Of a stretch of 64,000 nt of DNA, positions 13,553 through 27,000 are shown piece after piece (the stretch's first letter is position 1; each line of letters starts with the position of its first letter). A program made the position numbers and the translations under genes. Location: the NCBI GenBank assembly GCA_964247055.1, contig OZ176051.1, forward strand, positions 12,152,001-12,216,000. Reading direction: 5' to 3'. Source of the stretch: Paragordius varius (lineage: Eukaryota > Animalia > Nematomorpha). Below the pieces are notes generated by a model that was not told the origin of the DNA, ran no database searches, and saw nothing but the letters and a program-made list of their open reading frames with translations.

Positions 13553-14540
13553 TAATATTTATACTACGAAACAAAAGTGTGGAGCTTTTGTATCGATTAA
13601 ATTTTAGTATATACAAAAATATTAATATAAGATTTGCGATTTTGTACATAAAACAACAACCAGACATATTGATTTTATAAATATATAAAATTAAGGATTT
13701 TATATAATAATTTGGGTTTAAAAATATGACTTTTTAAAAAAATGAAAAGTTGGTCGTTTATGATTGCTTCGTTTATTTTAAATTCTTTATTCATTTAGAT
13801 GAGAATAGTACGACCGAGGATATATAAAGGCATAAAATGAATTCACAACTTTTTTTATCACTTCTCTCCCATATTTGATATGTTTTTTATACATTTTTGT
13901 TATATAACTATTTTTTGTTAAATATTTTATACCATATGAGTGTACATTCCTTTATACATAATACTATGAATATGTTGCATAAATATTTTGAGATAAATAG
14001 TATTTAAATAAAAAATACTATCTCGAGCATATTTAATCGGGTTTAATATTTTAGCTAAATTTATTAAGGATAATTATTGCAAAATAATATGAATTATTAC
14101 ATGAATATATTAATGTTAAAGGAAGTTTACGGATATATATGATTGATTATTGCAATAATGAAACAAAAGTCACAAATCATATAATATAATATATAGGGTT
14201 ATTTGAAAATGGAGATTACCTCATAATAGCAAATTAATTTAGCACTAGCCTAAAAATATAGTTTATTCGATTAAAATAAAGTAATGTTGAGATTTTTGTC
14301 ACATGTAAATTTTTGGTATATTGATTATTCACATTGATTATTATATTTGGAAGACAAACAAATATAGGCAAAAAAAATGTATTTAAATGCTGCATTTCAA
14401 TGTTTAAATGAGATTTAGATTGGGTTATACAAACAAAAATTAATTATTAGTTTTTGTTTGGTAAATGGTGTTAAAAAGGAAGCACTTTATCAAAATGATG
14501 TGTAGCAGTGTGACTTACATGGTTAGTTAGATTCTGTATA

Positions 14541-17327
14541 TTATAAAGATTTATGGTAAAATTGATATGTTTGAAAATTTTCTAAATGTTCCGGACAAAC
14601 TTCCATAACTCGCAAAACGAGGGAATCGACATAATGTTTCATTAGTTGATTTTCAGTTGTTAAATCTGTAAAAAATTGTAGAGATAACAAAAAACCAAAT
14701 ATTTTGGGTTTTCTATAAATAAAGTATTCATTTAATGGTTGTATAGTTAGACAATTCACACAGTAGTGTATGAAAAAAACAACAAAATGTTGAATAAACA
14801 ATCTATTTCTATCTTAAATCCCATATACTAATGTGTTACAAATTGCCCTACTATAGTATAGTGTGAAATTAATTTTAAAGGAAACAAATTAACTTACATA
14901 AGTTACAAATTTAGGTACGTTTATATATATTCTTTTGGGTTTAACTTATTAATTTGTCCCAGGGAAAAATATTTTAAATTCGATTATAATACATACATAA
15001 ACAAACTAATGTAAATTCAAAGAGTCGCATTTTTAAAATTTTTTTTACCTTCAATATGTTTGCGCAAACTTTGAATTTCGGCAATCAGCGTATCTTTCGA
15101 GCCTAAAAAAAATATAAAATATTAAAGTGTGGGATATTATTAGGCCATAATTTATTTAAACGAATAATAAAGAATAAATTTTAATAAACTGTAGCCACAT
15201 GTAAAAAGATTAAGTTATAAAGAGCTAGAACCACGAAAATTTTTTAATACTGCCTTTTATTTTTTTGAATTAAAAAAATATCTCTTTTTGATATACCATT
15301 TACACTTCGAATTCACCCTTAAACAGTTCAAATCACCCTTGAACAATTTATATTCACCCTCGAACAATTGAATTTTATCCCAAAATATATTGTGTGTTTT
15401 TTAAGATTAAAAATTACCTATAAAATTAAATTTTGTTTAAAATTAAATTAATACTAAAAAAAATAAAAACTAAGCCATAAAGATATATTTTATATTAATA
15501 ATGAGTTATATCAGCCTGAAAACACATAATTTATTTTTAGGGATTTGAATTATTGAAGGATGAATTGTTCGAGGGTAATTCTGAATTGTTCAAGGGTGAA
15601 TTTAAATTGTAAATGGTATATGTTTTCGAGAAAAGTAGCATATAATAAATTTTGGCAGTTTTTATCCAATTGTGGATATTTATTCATATTTCATATAAGC
15701 CATAAAAAATTAAAAAATATAAAGCAAAACGGAAAGGTTTTCATAAAGAATAAATAATTTTTAAATATAGATATAATAAGGCATAAAAATTACATTGTTC
15801 AAGCGCGTTTAAACCTTTGTGGTCAGCGCCATTGCTTTTTGCATAAGAATTCATATAGGTATCATTTTTTACGCCATTCGTTATGTTAGCTAATGCCGTT
15901 TTAGGATTAAATCGTTTCATTACAATTTTATTATTATTGGTATTAGCAGTATTGCTGTTTATGTTACCATTTACATTTGCATTATCAAATTTGTTGTTCT
16001 TCTTGTTAAAATTCGTGTCTTCGTACGATTTTGTATTACTTTGTTGCTACATGTAAAAATATATACCATTTACAGTTCAAATTCACCCTAAAATTATGTT
16101 TATAAGATTAGAAACTACTTACATTTTTTTATATTTTTAAAAAATAAAATTTGGCTCAAGATTATTATAGTATTGGAAAACTAATAAACTATGCCATAAA
16201 GATATATTACATAAATGATAGGTTATATTTGCTTGAAAACATATAAATTATTTTTGGGGTGAACTTAAATCGTTCAAGGGTGAATTTGAATTGTTCGAGG
16301 GTGAATGAATTGTAAATGGTATATGTATATATATATCGGATTTTTAAACTTAAAAAGCATGAAATATTTTATGGATTATATTTTAGTAAAAAAAACCTCA
16401 GTTGTTGCCATGCGTTCAGACAATGTTTTGGACAAATTTATCGATTTTTTGTCTATTAAACCGGAATTTTTAACAAAATTGTAGTCACTCCCGGGTTTCG
16501 CCGCTACAATATTAGGTAGTGAATTTAAATCCTTGTTCCCTTCAGATGATATATACGTTTGCTCTTTAGAATTCGGGTTGCCATATGGATTGTTTGTTAA
16601 AGCTGTGTTACTGAAATTCTCTAATTTAGATTCTGTATTTTTATTGCCAGTTTCAGACGCAATCAATTCATTGTAAAAATGACCGCCATAGCTTTGGGGT
16701 TTTTGCGATCGGTCAAGGGAAGAATTATAATGTGTACCCTTTTATTGGTAAATAATAAATATTACGATAACCTAATAAAATTATTTACAAAAACTGTGAA
16801 AATAATTTAAACTACTTTTTGATACATATATATTATATAAACAGAAAATGAACAAACAATTAAAAGTATTACATACATTCATTGTATTTTCATCCATTTT
16901 GATGGTAAAATCGATTAAACATCGTCCAACACCACCAGATTTCGTAACCAATAATATATTATTATTTCTTTGGGTAAATGATGAATTATTTGCGCTTACC
17001 GTATTTTTAGTGGGCCATAAAAGTACACTAACTTTCGAAGCATTATAATAATTTAAAGTTCTAGTGCAATCGATTCCAGCAATGTGGATTGAAATAATAT
17101 CTTCGGCATTTAAACCTTAAATATATTTATTCACAAAACAATTTATATGAAATCCAGGGTGACTGAATATCGGATAGAAATAAAATCGATTGGTGGAGAA
17201 TTTTAATCGTATACATAAAAATAAAAAAAATGAACGGCATTTTATTTTTTACTATATTATCTTGTTAAAATTGATGATATTAAGCTAATTTCGTTGAGTT
17301 AATTATCATATCTAACAAAAAATATTT

Positions 17328-17371
<44 letters not shown>

Positions 17372-18935
17372 AACACAGACAGATAATATTAAACCTAAAT
17401 TTTGTCCACGCAAAATAATCTTTGTTTCTCGATCAATAGGAGCTTCCATAGGAGATATCCCCGTTATAATAGGTCTTGTATCGTTTTCCATCGATATTTT
17501 TTCGGTATTATTATATGTTTGTGAATTCAATGCAGCATTGAGTGGAAGTGTACAACTTTTGTTACCAGCGTCTTAAATTTTATTTACAAATTTTATGAGT
17601 TTATACATTCACATAATAGAGGAGAAATATTAAACATAAAAAAACGGTATAATAACCATGTTTTGAATTATTCCCAAATTCATAGGAACGAGAACTGGCT
17701 CTTCGTATTCCGAATTGGGTGTTTTCTTTATCCAAATCTAGGCTTGAATCACCAAACTGATTTTCACTAAACGTAATAATTTGTCATTTTTCGCATCAAA
17801 ATAAAATATTTAATAGGTTTAAAAAAACTATCTTTAAGGCTCAAATAATATGTATATTGGTTAAACCAATGTTTATTTTCTCTTAATAGATTACTTATTT
17901 TTATTGGCGTTTGATGCATTTGTAGTCCCAAAGTTAGCTTTGTGGAAAATAGCTTTGACAGCTTGAGAAAATTGTGATGGCAATTTTCCACTACTGCTAG
18001 TACTTTGATTTGCACCTAGGTGGCCAGAAGATGTTGTAGATCCATCATTTGAAATTGAGTCGGCTGGTCTAGTCTTATTTGACTCATTCCCCTCAAATGA
18101 TGGGATGTTGTTCCCACTTGCATTACGCTTGTGATGATGATGATGCTTTATAAAATCAGAAATTTCTGAAAATGTGTCTTTGGTAGTGTTGTTTTGAGGG
18201 GTAAACGATGAGCGGATTTCGCCTCCCAGATGACTTATGGCTTTTGTAAGTGAGCCAGACGATTTTTTCTTGTTACCAGTTGGTTGTGTATTTTTTTGTG
18301 TCGATACATCATTTACTTCATCTTCCATATTTTTATTTAGTTTACCATCCTTAATATTAGAAAGTGACTCTTTTTTCTTCACAGATTCGTTTCGTAATTG
18401 AGGGCTGTCCGTTCCTTGAGCACCGACAAGATGATATTTAGTTATCCAAGCTTCGTAAATAAGAATTGGTATCGTTTTTTCTTTATCGCTACTTATTTGG
18501 GTTACTTCCTTCGTTGAATCTTGTATAATTTGTGATGTGAAACGTTTAAGTGACGTGGACAATTTCGTGAGAGGTATAGTAATTTTCCCAACGGTTACAT
18601 TTTTATCCATAATATTAAAAAGAAGTGGTTTATAATACTCTATAAATTTACGATTAATTTACTGGAACTTTTGGAATTTTGTACTTTTACTGGGCTAAAT
18701 TTATAAAATATAATTAATACATTGATTGCTCCTCATTCCATATCGTAATACCGGCCAATGATTCCGATTGGATTGTTGTTTTATACTTTTCATTCCCAAT
18801 TCCAAATATCACGGATAATCCATCTTAAGTTACAGTCAATTAAAAACCTTTTTTGCTATTAATATTCCGTGCCTCACACACTATGATAAAAATAAAATAA
18901 AATTTACCTAAAACCTGAATTTCATCAATTTCCAT
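14541..18935 (-). CDS. Class I Rab11 family-interacting protein (Rip11/RAB11FIP1/2/5-like): C2 - linker - Sec5-like IPT/TIG - linker - FIP-RBD, 746 aa
   Basis: Twelve phase-compatible exons: 18935-18908, 18880-18848, 18823-18721, 18694-18663, 18639-17895, 17766-17657, 17571-17395, 17115-16877, 16738-16397, 16046-15794, 15102-15049, 14665-14541 (2241 nt). C2: IQVLVCEARNI...GIGNEKYKTTIQSESLAGITIWNEE...VGKITIPL. RBD: SKDTLIAEIQSLRKHIEDLTTENQLMKHYVDSLVLRVMEVCPEHLE. Confidence 0.88.
15291..15621. mobile_element. ATATACCATTT-family MITE, copy 1 (FIP intron 10)
   Basis: Termini ATATACCATTTACA / TGTAAATGGTATAT with subterminal ~21-bp ATTCACCCTTGAACAATTCAA-like repeats in inverted orientation. Confidence 0.85.
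16061..16324. mobile_element. ATATACCATTT-family MITE, copy 2 (FIP intron 9)
   Basis: Same TIRs and internal AACTA(T/A)GCCATAAAGATATAT core as copy 1. The end lies about 12 nt from the acceptor AG at 16047-16048. Confidence 0.85.
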
Positions 18936-20077
18936 ATGTAACACATACGGTATTATCCCACAATACGCATTGAGGTAAAGGCGCTTTTGCCACTATAAAG
19001 GCAAGCATAGTCCTTATCTGCTAATAAAATGGATATGCATATTAAAAATTTATTATTAATTGTTCAAAATATATTATAATTTTCTTATAGATTATTTTAA
19101 TATATATAGAAATTAATAACTTAAAGATTATGATTCAACATCATTAAAAAGAGTTTATCCTAAGATATAATTATTCTTTCTTATTAAAATTTTTTACAAA
19201 ATTTCCAGAATTTAATAATTCTTTAAATAAACTATTGAGAATTCTTATGATCTTTTTGTGTCCGCAATGACATATTGCGTCAGTTCAATAACTCAGATCA
19301 AACTTATAAAAAACTACTGTTTTGGAAGATTTTAGCTAAATTTAATGAATAAAAATTGTTTCCTGTGATAAATAAAAAAAGCTTATATTTTTTATTTTGT
19401 GATTTCTGGTAAACAGGATTGATATATACAGTTGATTTAAAGAAAATATCAAGTTTTTTTCTGGTAAGATAATATCTGAAAGCTTACTAAACTAATTATT
19501 TAGATTTTCTAACCATAATATATTTATTGCCTAAATATTTAAAAACTCAGAGAAAAAATGGCTGCAAAAAAGTTTTATATAAGTTTTTTTACATTTACGT
19601 TTTAAGAATTTATATAACATGCGCCTCAAAACCTAAAGAAATAATTATGCTACTTTCAACATTTTCAAATTTTCGTGAATTTTTATATAAAAACACAATT
19701 TATATTTGAAAATTTGAAGACAAACAAATATTTCAATCGAAAAGGTGATACAAATGTTCAGCATCAACAAATTTTATCGAAAAAGTGTTTTTTAACTATG
19801 GAAATGCATTTTCATATTGTTTTCATCACACCTAAAAAAGGATAAAGTATGCTTTAACAATATTTTGCTAAATATTAAATTTTTGCAAAAAGTATGCACT
19901 TTAAAAAATATTTATATCTAATTTAGCATATATTTTAAATTTTTATGGCTTAACTTTTTGCGTTTATTTAAAAAGAAATAGCTCGTTTAGAAGAGCAAAA
20001 TAAATAGGATCTTCAGAACCCACATTTTAAAATTAAATTTTTGAAAATATTTTTTTTCTTTTTATGAGTAGTTTATG

Positions 20078-21430
20078 ATATACCATTTCCCAGTCAAAAA
20101 CATTTTCCCAGTAAATCGAAACATCCCAGTTAATTGAAACGTTTTCCCACTCAATCGAAATGTTTTCCCTGTCAATCGAAACATTCATTTTCCTAGCCAA
20201 TAAAAACATTCCCAATCAATAAAAACATTTTCTCAGTCAATAAAAACGGTTTAATTTTGATGATAAATATCAAACCAAGATTTAAAAATAACTTTTAACC
20301 CTTATCAACGTAATATTAGGATATTGTTTTTCATAAAAACACAAATATTAAATGACAATTTTTCCAATTATATTCCAGTGTACAATCAATAATAACTTAT
20401 TATTTAAAAGTTATTATTTCGGAAGAGTATTTTTGAGAAAATAATTAAATAATTTTTATTTTATCGTTGATTCGCATTAATATTCGGATCTAACTTATGA
20501 AATATGTAGGGGATGAAATAATAATATTTATAAAAATACACCATTTTTATCTCAAAAGTAATTTAACACTTCATATTGGATCTTAAATATGTCAAATTAT
20601 GTCTAATAATACTTTTGGAAAAATATAAATAAATAAAACATGTTTTTTAGATAAAAATGTTTTTTGATTTAAAAATATTTTATAAAAAAGGATATTCCAA
20701 CACAATGTCTTCGCGGGCCGCATTTTAGACTCAAAAAGCACTGCGTTCCGCATTCGAAATATATACGAGCATTCATATATAATTTATTCGATTTTAGGCA
20801 TAAGACTGTAAAGCGTAAACACAATATAACATTTTTTAAATTCCTTGCCAATTTAATAGACTCATACATAATTGCGTAAGAAATATGAATTTTACTAAGA
20901 TTTTGTGGGCATATTTTTGCATTTAATAATTTATCACGGGCCGCACAGAATCTCTGGCCGCGTTTGACCACCGCTGGACCAAATGATAAATATTATATAA
21001 ATTAGGGTAAAATCTATGTTTAAGATCCAATATGAAGTGTTAAATGACCTTAAAAATGGTATATTTTTATAAATTGTATTATTTTATCCGTAACTATAGA
21101 TTTTATCAATCCATCGATAAAATATCTCAAATTCCAAAAAACATAACTTTTAAAGAATAAGTCATTAATGATTGTGTACTGGAATAGAATTGGAAAAATT
21201 GTCATTAAATTTGTGTTTTGATATAAAATAAAATCCTAATATTGCGAATGGTTAAAAGTTTTTTTTATATCTAATAAAACCGTTTTTATTGACTGGGAAA
21301 ACGTATTGATTGGGAAAATATTTTTTTTGACTGGTAAAGTGTTTTGATTGACTGGGAAAACGTTTCGATTGATTGGGAAAATGTTTCGATTGACTGAGAA
21401 AACGTTTATTTTGGCTGGGAAATGGTATAT
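20078..21430. mobile_element. Foldback-type element with ~530-bp inverted arms and 21-bp subterminal arrays
   Basis: Termini ATATACCATTTCCCAG / CTGGGAAATGGTATAT. The arms pair over several hundred bp, e.g. TTTAACACTTCATATTGGATCTTAAA (20562-20586) with its reverse complement at ~21020-21045. Confidence 0.85.
20690..20976. mobile_element. hAT/Charlie-like MITE remnant nested at the centre of the foldback
   Basis: GCGGGCCGCA motifs and a right end GGCCGCGTTTGACCACCGCTG resembling the element at 32625-32937. The left end is degenerate. Confidence 0.45.
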
Positions 21431-23282
21431 TTTAGTGATATTTTTGAATCAAGCATTTAGCTTTCATCAAAATTTTGTTACAAAAAAAAGTGTTCAAATT
21501 TTGCCATTTTCAGATATGGAGCAACCACAAAAGTGTAAATAGTCTTTCTTATATCACACATGAGCCCCAATACCAAAAGCACCGTCAGAATCTTGATATA
21601 TTTTTCTACGGATTATATATATTTCATCATAATATATTTTATGTAGACTGTGTATACTTTAAACTCTTTTTAGGATATTCAAATTTCAATTCGCTTTTGG
21701 ATATGAAACTAGCCAAAAAATAGTGAAGTGTTAAATGGCTCTAAAACATAATGTCATCGTTTAATCTTAATATTATTATTATTATCCTCTTTGCGTCTTT
21801 TTACGCAGTTCAAACAACCAATAAAAGAGAGATTAACAAACTTGTAGCGGAACGTTATCGGAATAATTTTACTTATCCTTTTTTACAATTAATTTTTAAA
21901 AGTTTTGTGTCCAGAATTAAACCTGTTAGCGAATTTCTCTTTTAAAGTTTCGATTCAATTAACAATTCCTGCATTAGAAAAACACATAGTTATACAGTTT
22001 TCTCACTTTTAGGGTCCAAAATTACAAAGTTTAATAAATCGATTTAAGCAAATAGCCGATTTGAATAAATCAATCAATTATTTGCTTTTAAGAGTTATAC
22101 ATTTAATTAACCATAAATTATTTTAGGGATAAAACATATTGGCGAAAAAGTTTATGAGTTTTTTACAATTATTATACATTTTTTTGAAATCCTCCAAAGG
22201 TAAACTATTTTTTTTATTGTTTAAGTTATTGAATAATCCCTAGGGTACAAGACCACCTTGATAATGAAAGGTTATGCGCGACAAGCACGGTGGAAAATTT
22301 GCTGCGCACTTTTTTTCGAATATAACCTTCAAGATAAATTCATTACTGGAAGTTCCTGATTTATACCCTTTGCATTTCAAGAATGTTCTTTAACAATCAA
22401 GTTCCTCCTTGAATATTTGGATTTTGCGCGTAACAAATGTTTTTGCGTGTAATTATCTATTAATATCTTTATTAATTATTATTTTATTTAATTTTATTTA
22501 ACATTATGTGTTTCCAACTAATTTTTTCCAATTCAACAATATTTCTTACTTTTTAAGATATAAAATATGGAGTTTTATGTTCAAATACTAACTTTAAAGG
22601 ATAATCTTGGATTGTTGAAGGAAACTCTTGAAGTGGAAATGGTATATTAAACATAGCATTTAGAGCAGGAGTCTAACACATGGCGGCGCGAAATTTGGAA
22701 AATACCTAATCAATATTTCCACAATTTGCAAAGGCTGGCAAAATTAAATAAAATTGATATTTCTCACTAAATTTTCCGAATAAGTCTTTCAAATTAGTGG
22801 ATAACTTATATAAATTGGTGGATACCGTATATGTGTTGCCAGTTTCCACAATTTATGCCCCTATATATTTGAAATGGGGCCCTCAATTATTGTGTCAAAA
22901 ATGTCGCCCCTAAAGCCATTCGTATTGCACAAAATAATACCTCTTTGCCCAGGGCTCATGGTGATAAAAAATTGCACAGTTTTGTATTATAATATTGAAA
23001 TCTACGCATATTTAAGTTCGGCGCACCCTACAATATATACTATCGTAAAGATAAATTATGGAAAACCCACGAATTTAATCAAAATGGCATTTAATAATTT
23101 ATTTTCTATATGCGGTCGTCATAGAAACTTTTTAAGGACATTGCTAATTACTAAACCTGAAATATACTTATAAATTACTTTAGCAACTATTCAAGTTAAC
23201 ATGGAATATTCAAACGGTTAGAATTATTAATATGAGATGATAATGCGACCTCGAATATATATATATATATATATATTACCAT

Positions 23283-23492
23283 TTTTCTTGCAAAAACATC
23301 ATTTTTTCAACCAAACCCACCATTTTTTCAAGCAAAGGCAACAACTTTTTAAGCAAAGGCAACATTTTTTCAAGCAAACGCAACATTTTTTCAAGCAAAC
23401 GCAACATTTTTTCAACCAAAGACAACATTTTTTCATCCAAACGCAACATTTTTTCAACCAAAGACAACATTTTTTCAAGCAAAAACAACACT
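23283..23492. repeat. 21-nt tandem array (~10 units, consensus ACATTTTTTCAAGCAAACGCA)
   Basis: Direct repetition is visible and explains the QHFFKQT and MLRLLEK repeat ORFs. It follows a TATATATTACCATTTTT motif resembling the foldback terminus. Confidence 0.9.
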
Positions 23493-23860
23493 TTTTTTAT
23501 ATATATACTGTAGTCATTGATAAAAAATCAATCTACCATTTAAGTGCCTATAATATTCGTTAATTTTAAAAATTGGTGTGCCATTTATGAATTCGACGAT
23601 GACATTTTTAATTTATAATGATATAATATTTTTATATTTAGGCGTTATGATTATCCCTTGAAAATTACATATTTATCTCTAAATCATATCAAATATGTTT
23701 TATATATAAACAAGGATGATTGAATTGGTAACTATATGATCTAAGGTAGTGATAGATTATTGGCGAAAAAACTAATCAATACGGTTTTTATGAGTTAAAC
23801 GGTATTTTACTAGTTCTTTTAAAAGTGAATAAGTTTTCGTTAGGATAGTTGAAAAAAATA

Positions 23861-23910
<50 letters not shown>

Positions 23911-24098
23911 TTTTTTTCCTTTTATTTGATCACAAGATATAAATTTATTATCAAATAAATTGTATGGTAATGTATTAAACTGCCAACATAATGGATTGGC
24001 CATTGAAGACGTTTTCATATTTGTTTTTTGACAGAATAAAATAAAATAAACGCATAGATATAGCCAAATTTCATCACTGGTAAAATTTAAATGATTTA

Positions 24099-27000
24099 AT
24101 GGTAAAACAAATTTTTTGTACTTATCAAATGTTTAAAAACATTAAAAAAACGTTCCTAACCATATCTATTGAGCCATGTTTCCTAATTTTTACCATAGCA
24201 TTGCTAATTTATTATCCTGCATTCAGTGCATTAGTCTATCACAAAGCTGAAAAATATATACTGTGTATGAATAATCATATTTACTACACTATTATTACCC
24301 TCTTTAAACCTTTAATTACCAATGATAGTACCGGCCAACTAGAAAATGTCAGTCACTTTGACAATTCATCCATTGAATCAAAAAGTATTAAGTTTGTCTC
24401 AAATGATAATGCCGATACAATCTCTAACATAGATGTTCAACGGTTAGCAGCTAAATATACATTTTATGCCACACTGTCTCAAAAAGTACCAGCAATAATT
24501 CTGGCGTATCCGATCGGGACATGGTCAGATACGTATTTTAGCAAATCACCTTAAGTATTTATTCTAACCATTGTAGGGGGAATTCTAAGTTCCATCTACA
24601 ATGCATACCTAGCATACAATCCAAATATGTCTATTTATACATTTGTCGGACCACTCATATTTGGGGCCATACATATGCTTTGTTGTTTTAGCTATCTATC
24701 TCACCTCCATCAAAAGAATGAACGAACCGTGAGATTTGCCATTTTCGAGACGTGTGGTTTGCTTGAGATTTTGATTGGATCTGGTTTGGGTAGTATATTG
24801 CTAACGTACCTAACGCTACCCTATATATTCATATGTATTGGTGTAACTTACGCATTTGCTTTGGGCTGCCTCATGTTACATTTTGGTATTTATCGATGCA
24901 TGAAATTGAGTCAGGTCGAAAATGTTAATACAGAAATTCAATCAATAGAACTCGCTGCACGCCCCGATAATTTTACTAAGGGTCTTATGAAATATTTGTT
25001 ACATGTTATAATGACTCCAGTGATCATAGTTTTATCTTGGCTCAGTAATGCTAAAGTTATAAATAAAATTGCCAATTATTTTGATAAAAACAGTGATACA
25101 AAAAGGCATAAGGCATACCAATTTGTGATTTGTGATATTTAACCAAAAGTATAATAACCTCCACAACATCAGGTACTATTTCGAAAAAAAAGTATCATCG
25201 CAAAACATTTATTGAAAAGTTAGCAGTTTTTAGTTTCTGATGGAATTTATATTCTTTCAGGAATGAATAGTTAATTATATTTAGTGAATCTATAATAATA
25301 AAAGTTTATTAAGGATAAATACGCTCAAATATATTCAAACATTATCAATAAGTCACCATGAAATAGGGGGGAAGAGGGCGATTTATTAAATAATTTGATA
25401 GAATATATACATATTGTATATAATCAGGCTCATCATCGTGCTTTTGGTTTCTTGACTTACAAGTATTTTTAAAAAATTATTTTTTCTTTGGTAAATAGAT
25501 ACGAAAAATCGCATTGTGCATACAATATACTTAAAAATTTTATTGCTTCTTTCTTGATAATTTCTTAACATATATATGCACTGTAGGAATTACACCTTAA
25601 TATTAAGTTTTAATTTTGTATGCAAGCCTCAATTTCGATTTTTGGACCCCTTTAAAATGATATAGTTTCCTGATAATAACAGAAAGAGATTGCACTTGAC
25701 ACTTCATGACCTTTTCATTTTTTTCCGTGAGACATGGTAGTTTTATATCCCAACTGTTTTGAAAGTTATTTAAGGTAAAATTTAATTATTAAACTTTGTT
25801 CTCCTGTATTAGATAAAAAAACTTATATGTTTACAGTTTGTGACTTATATTGTCTAAAATTGGGATAGCTCCAACAGCTAATTTTAAAATATTATAAACA
25901 AGTTTTTATTGATAAAATGTAAACTGCAAGCTAACTAAGATTATTTACATTTTCCAGCCATAATATACATTATAAATAAAAAATTTAAAGAAAATAAATG
26001 GCGGCAAAATATGAGGTGAGGTTTCAGCAATAAATTTTTTTTTATATGCGTCTATAAAGCACATTTTTCAATTCGGCCTAATACGTTAAATACTTCTTAA
26101 AATTTTTTTAAATTACTCTGATATAAAACTACTCAAAAGGTCATAAAGTGTTAAGATATACATCTATGCTATATAAAAAAATTTATTTCAAAAAATGGAT
26201 ACTATGCTTAAAAAATTAATGGTAAAATTGTTAAAGGTAGGTAACGATAATGGAAGCGTGATGTAAACGGTATAAAAAAATTTAATATATATTATAAAAC
26301 CATTTTTCTATATAGTTCGCTGTAATTATTTATCAACAAAGATTTTTGATATAATAAACAGTTATTTTGCAAAAACACAATTTACACATAATTTTTTGAT
26401 GTCTATCGTTTAATCTAAAATCTGACAGGTTAATATTATCGAACATGTGGGGAGTTTTTACAATAAGGTCTTTTTATATAAAGATAAATTAACATAGTGT
26501 GCATTTTTCCTAAAAAACTTATAATGGCTTATTCCTGCAATATTATAAAATCTTATCGCGCAATCTCGGCATTTTTTAGCCTATTCTAATATTGGAAGCT
26601 TCAAAGCACAAATCTAAAAATTTCACTACCAATACCTTATTTTTAATATTTATATAATAATAACAGTTTTTTACAATGAAGTAGCTTCTTAAACTAATTT
26701 GATGGATTAATATTTATATTATGATACATATAAATTATAGGCGAATTCGATACCCTATATTTATATGCTGTTCGTCTTGATTGGACTGCAAAAGATTATG
26801 CCAATCTATTATTGGTGTGGAAAATCTGTGGCGCTTTAAATTTGGTTCCAATTTTCTCTATCCTCAAGAAAACACGCAATATGTCAGATTATGGGCTGGC
26901 CATCGTGGGTATTGTTTCCAAAGCGTTTGATATTTTTTTGATTGGTATCAGCCCTACAGGACCATTCCTATATGTAGGTTACGTTTTTTGCTTACACTCT

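Noticed and set aside
15560-15757. ORF MNCSRVILNCSRVNLNCK and similar ORFs at 20033-20215, 21348-21542 and 39017-39220
   Set aside because: These are translations of MITE/foldback subterminal repeats.
17312-17530. Separate EXOC2/Sec5 gene
   Set aside because: Only the IPT domain is present with no helical Sec5 body, and the exons are phase-continuous with the upstream C2 and downstream FIP-RBD exons.
18640-18662. Frameshift in the FIP C2 domain
   Set aside because: A 23-nt GT-AG intron restores the frame and gives a sensible C2 strand (PLLFNIMDKNVTVGKITIPL).
20090-20240. CRISPR-like repeat array
   Set aside because: Eukaryotic context, no unique spacers and no cas genes; the repeats are contiguous transposon subterminal units.
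23237-23563. Repeat-protein ORFs (QHFFKQT on +, MLRLLEK on -)
   Set aside because: These are by-products of a stop-free 21-nt tandem array related to transposon subterminal repeats; there is no gene context.
25125-25230. Two compensating frameshifts in the SLC46-like gene
   Set aside because: A 102-nt phase-0 GT-AG intron (25125-25226) explains the region more simply.
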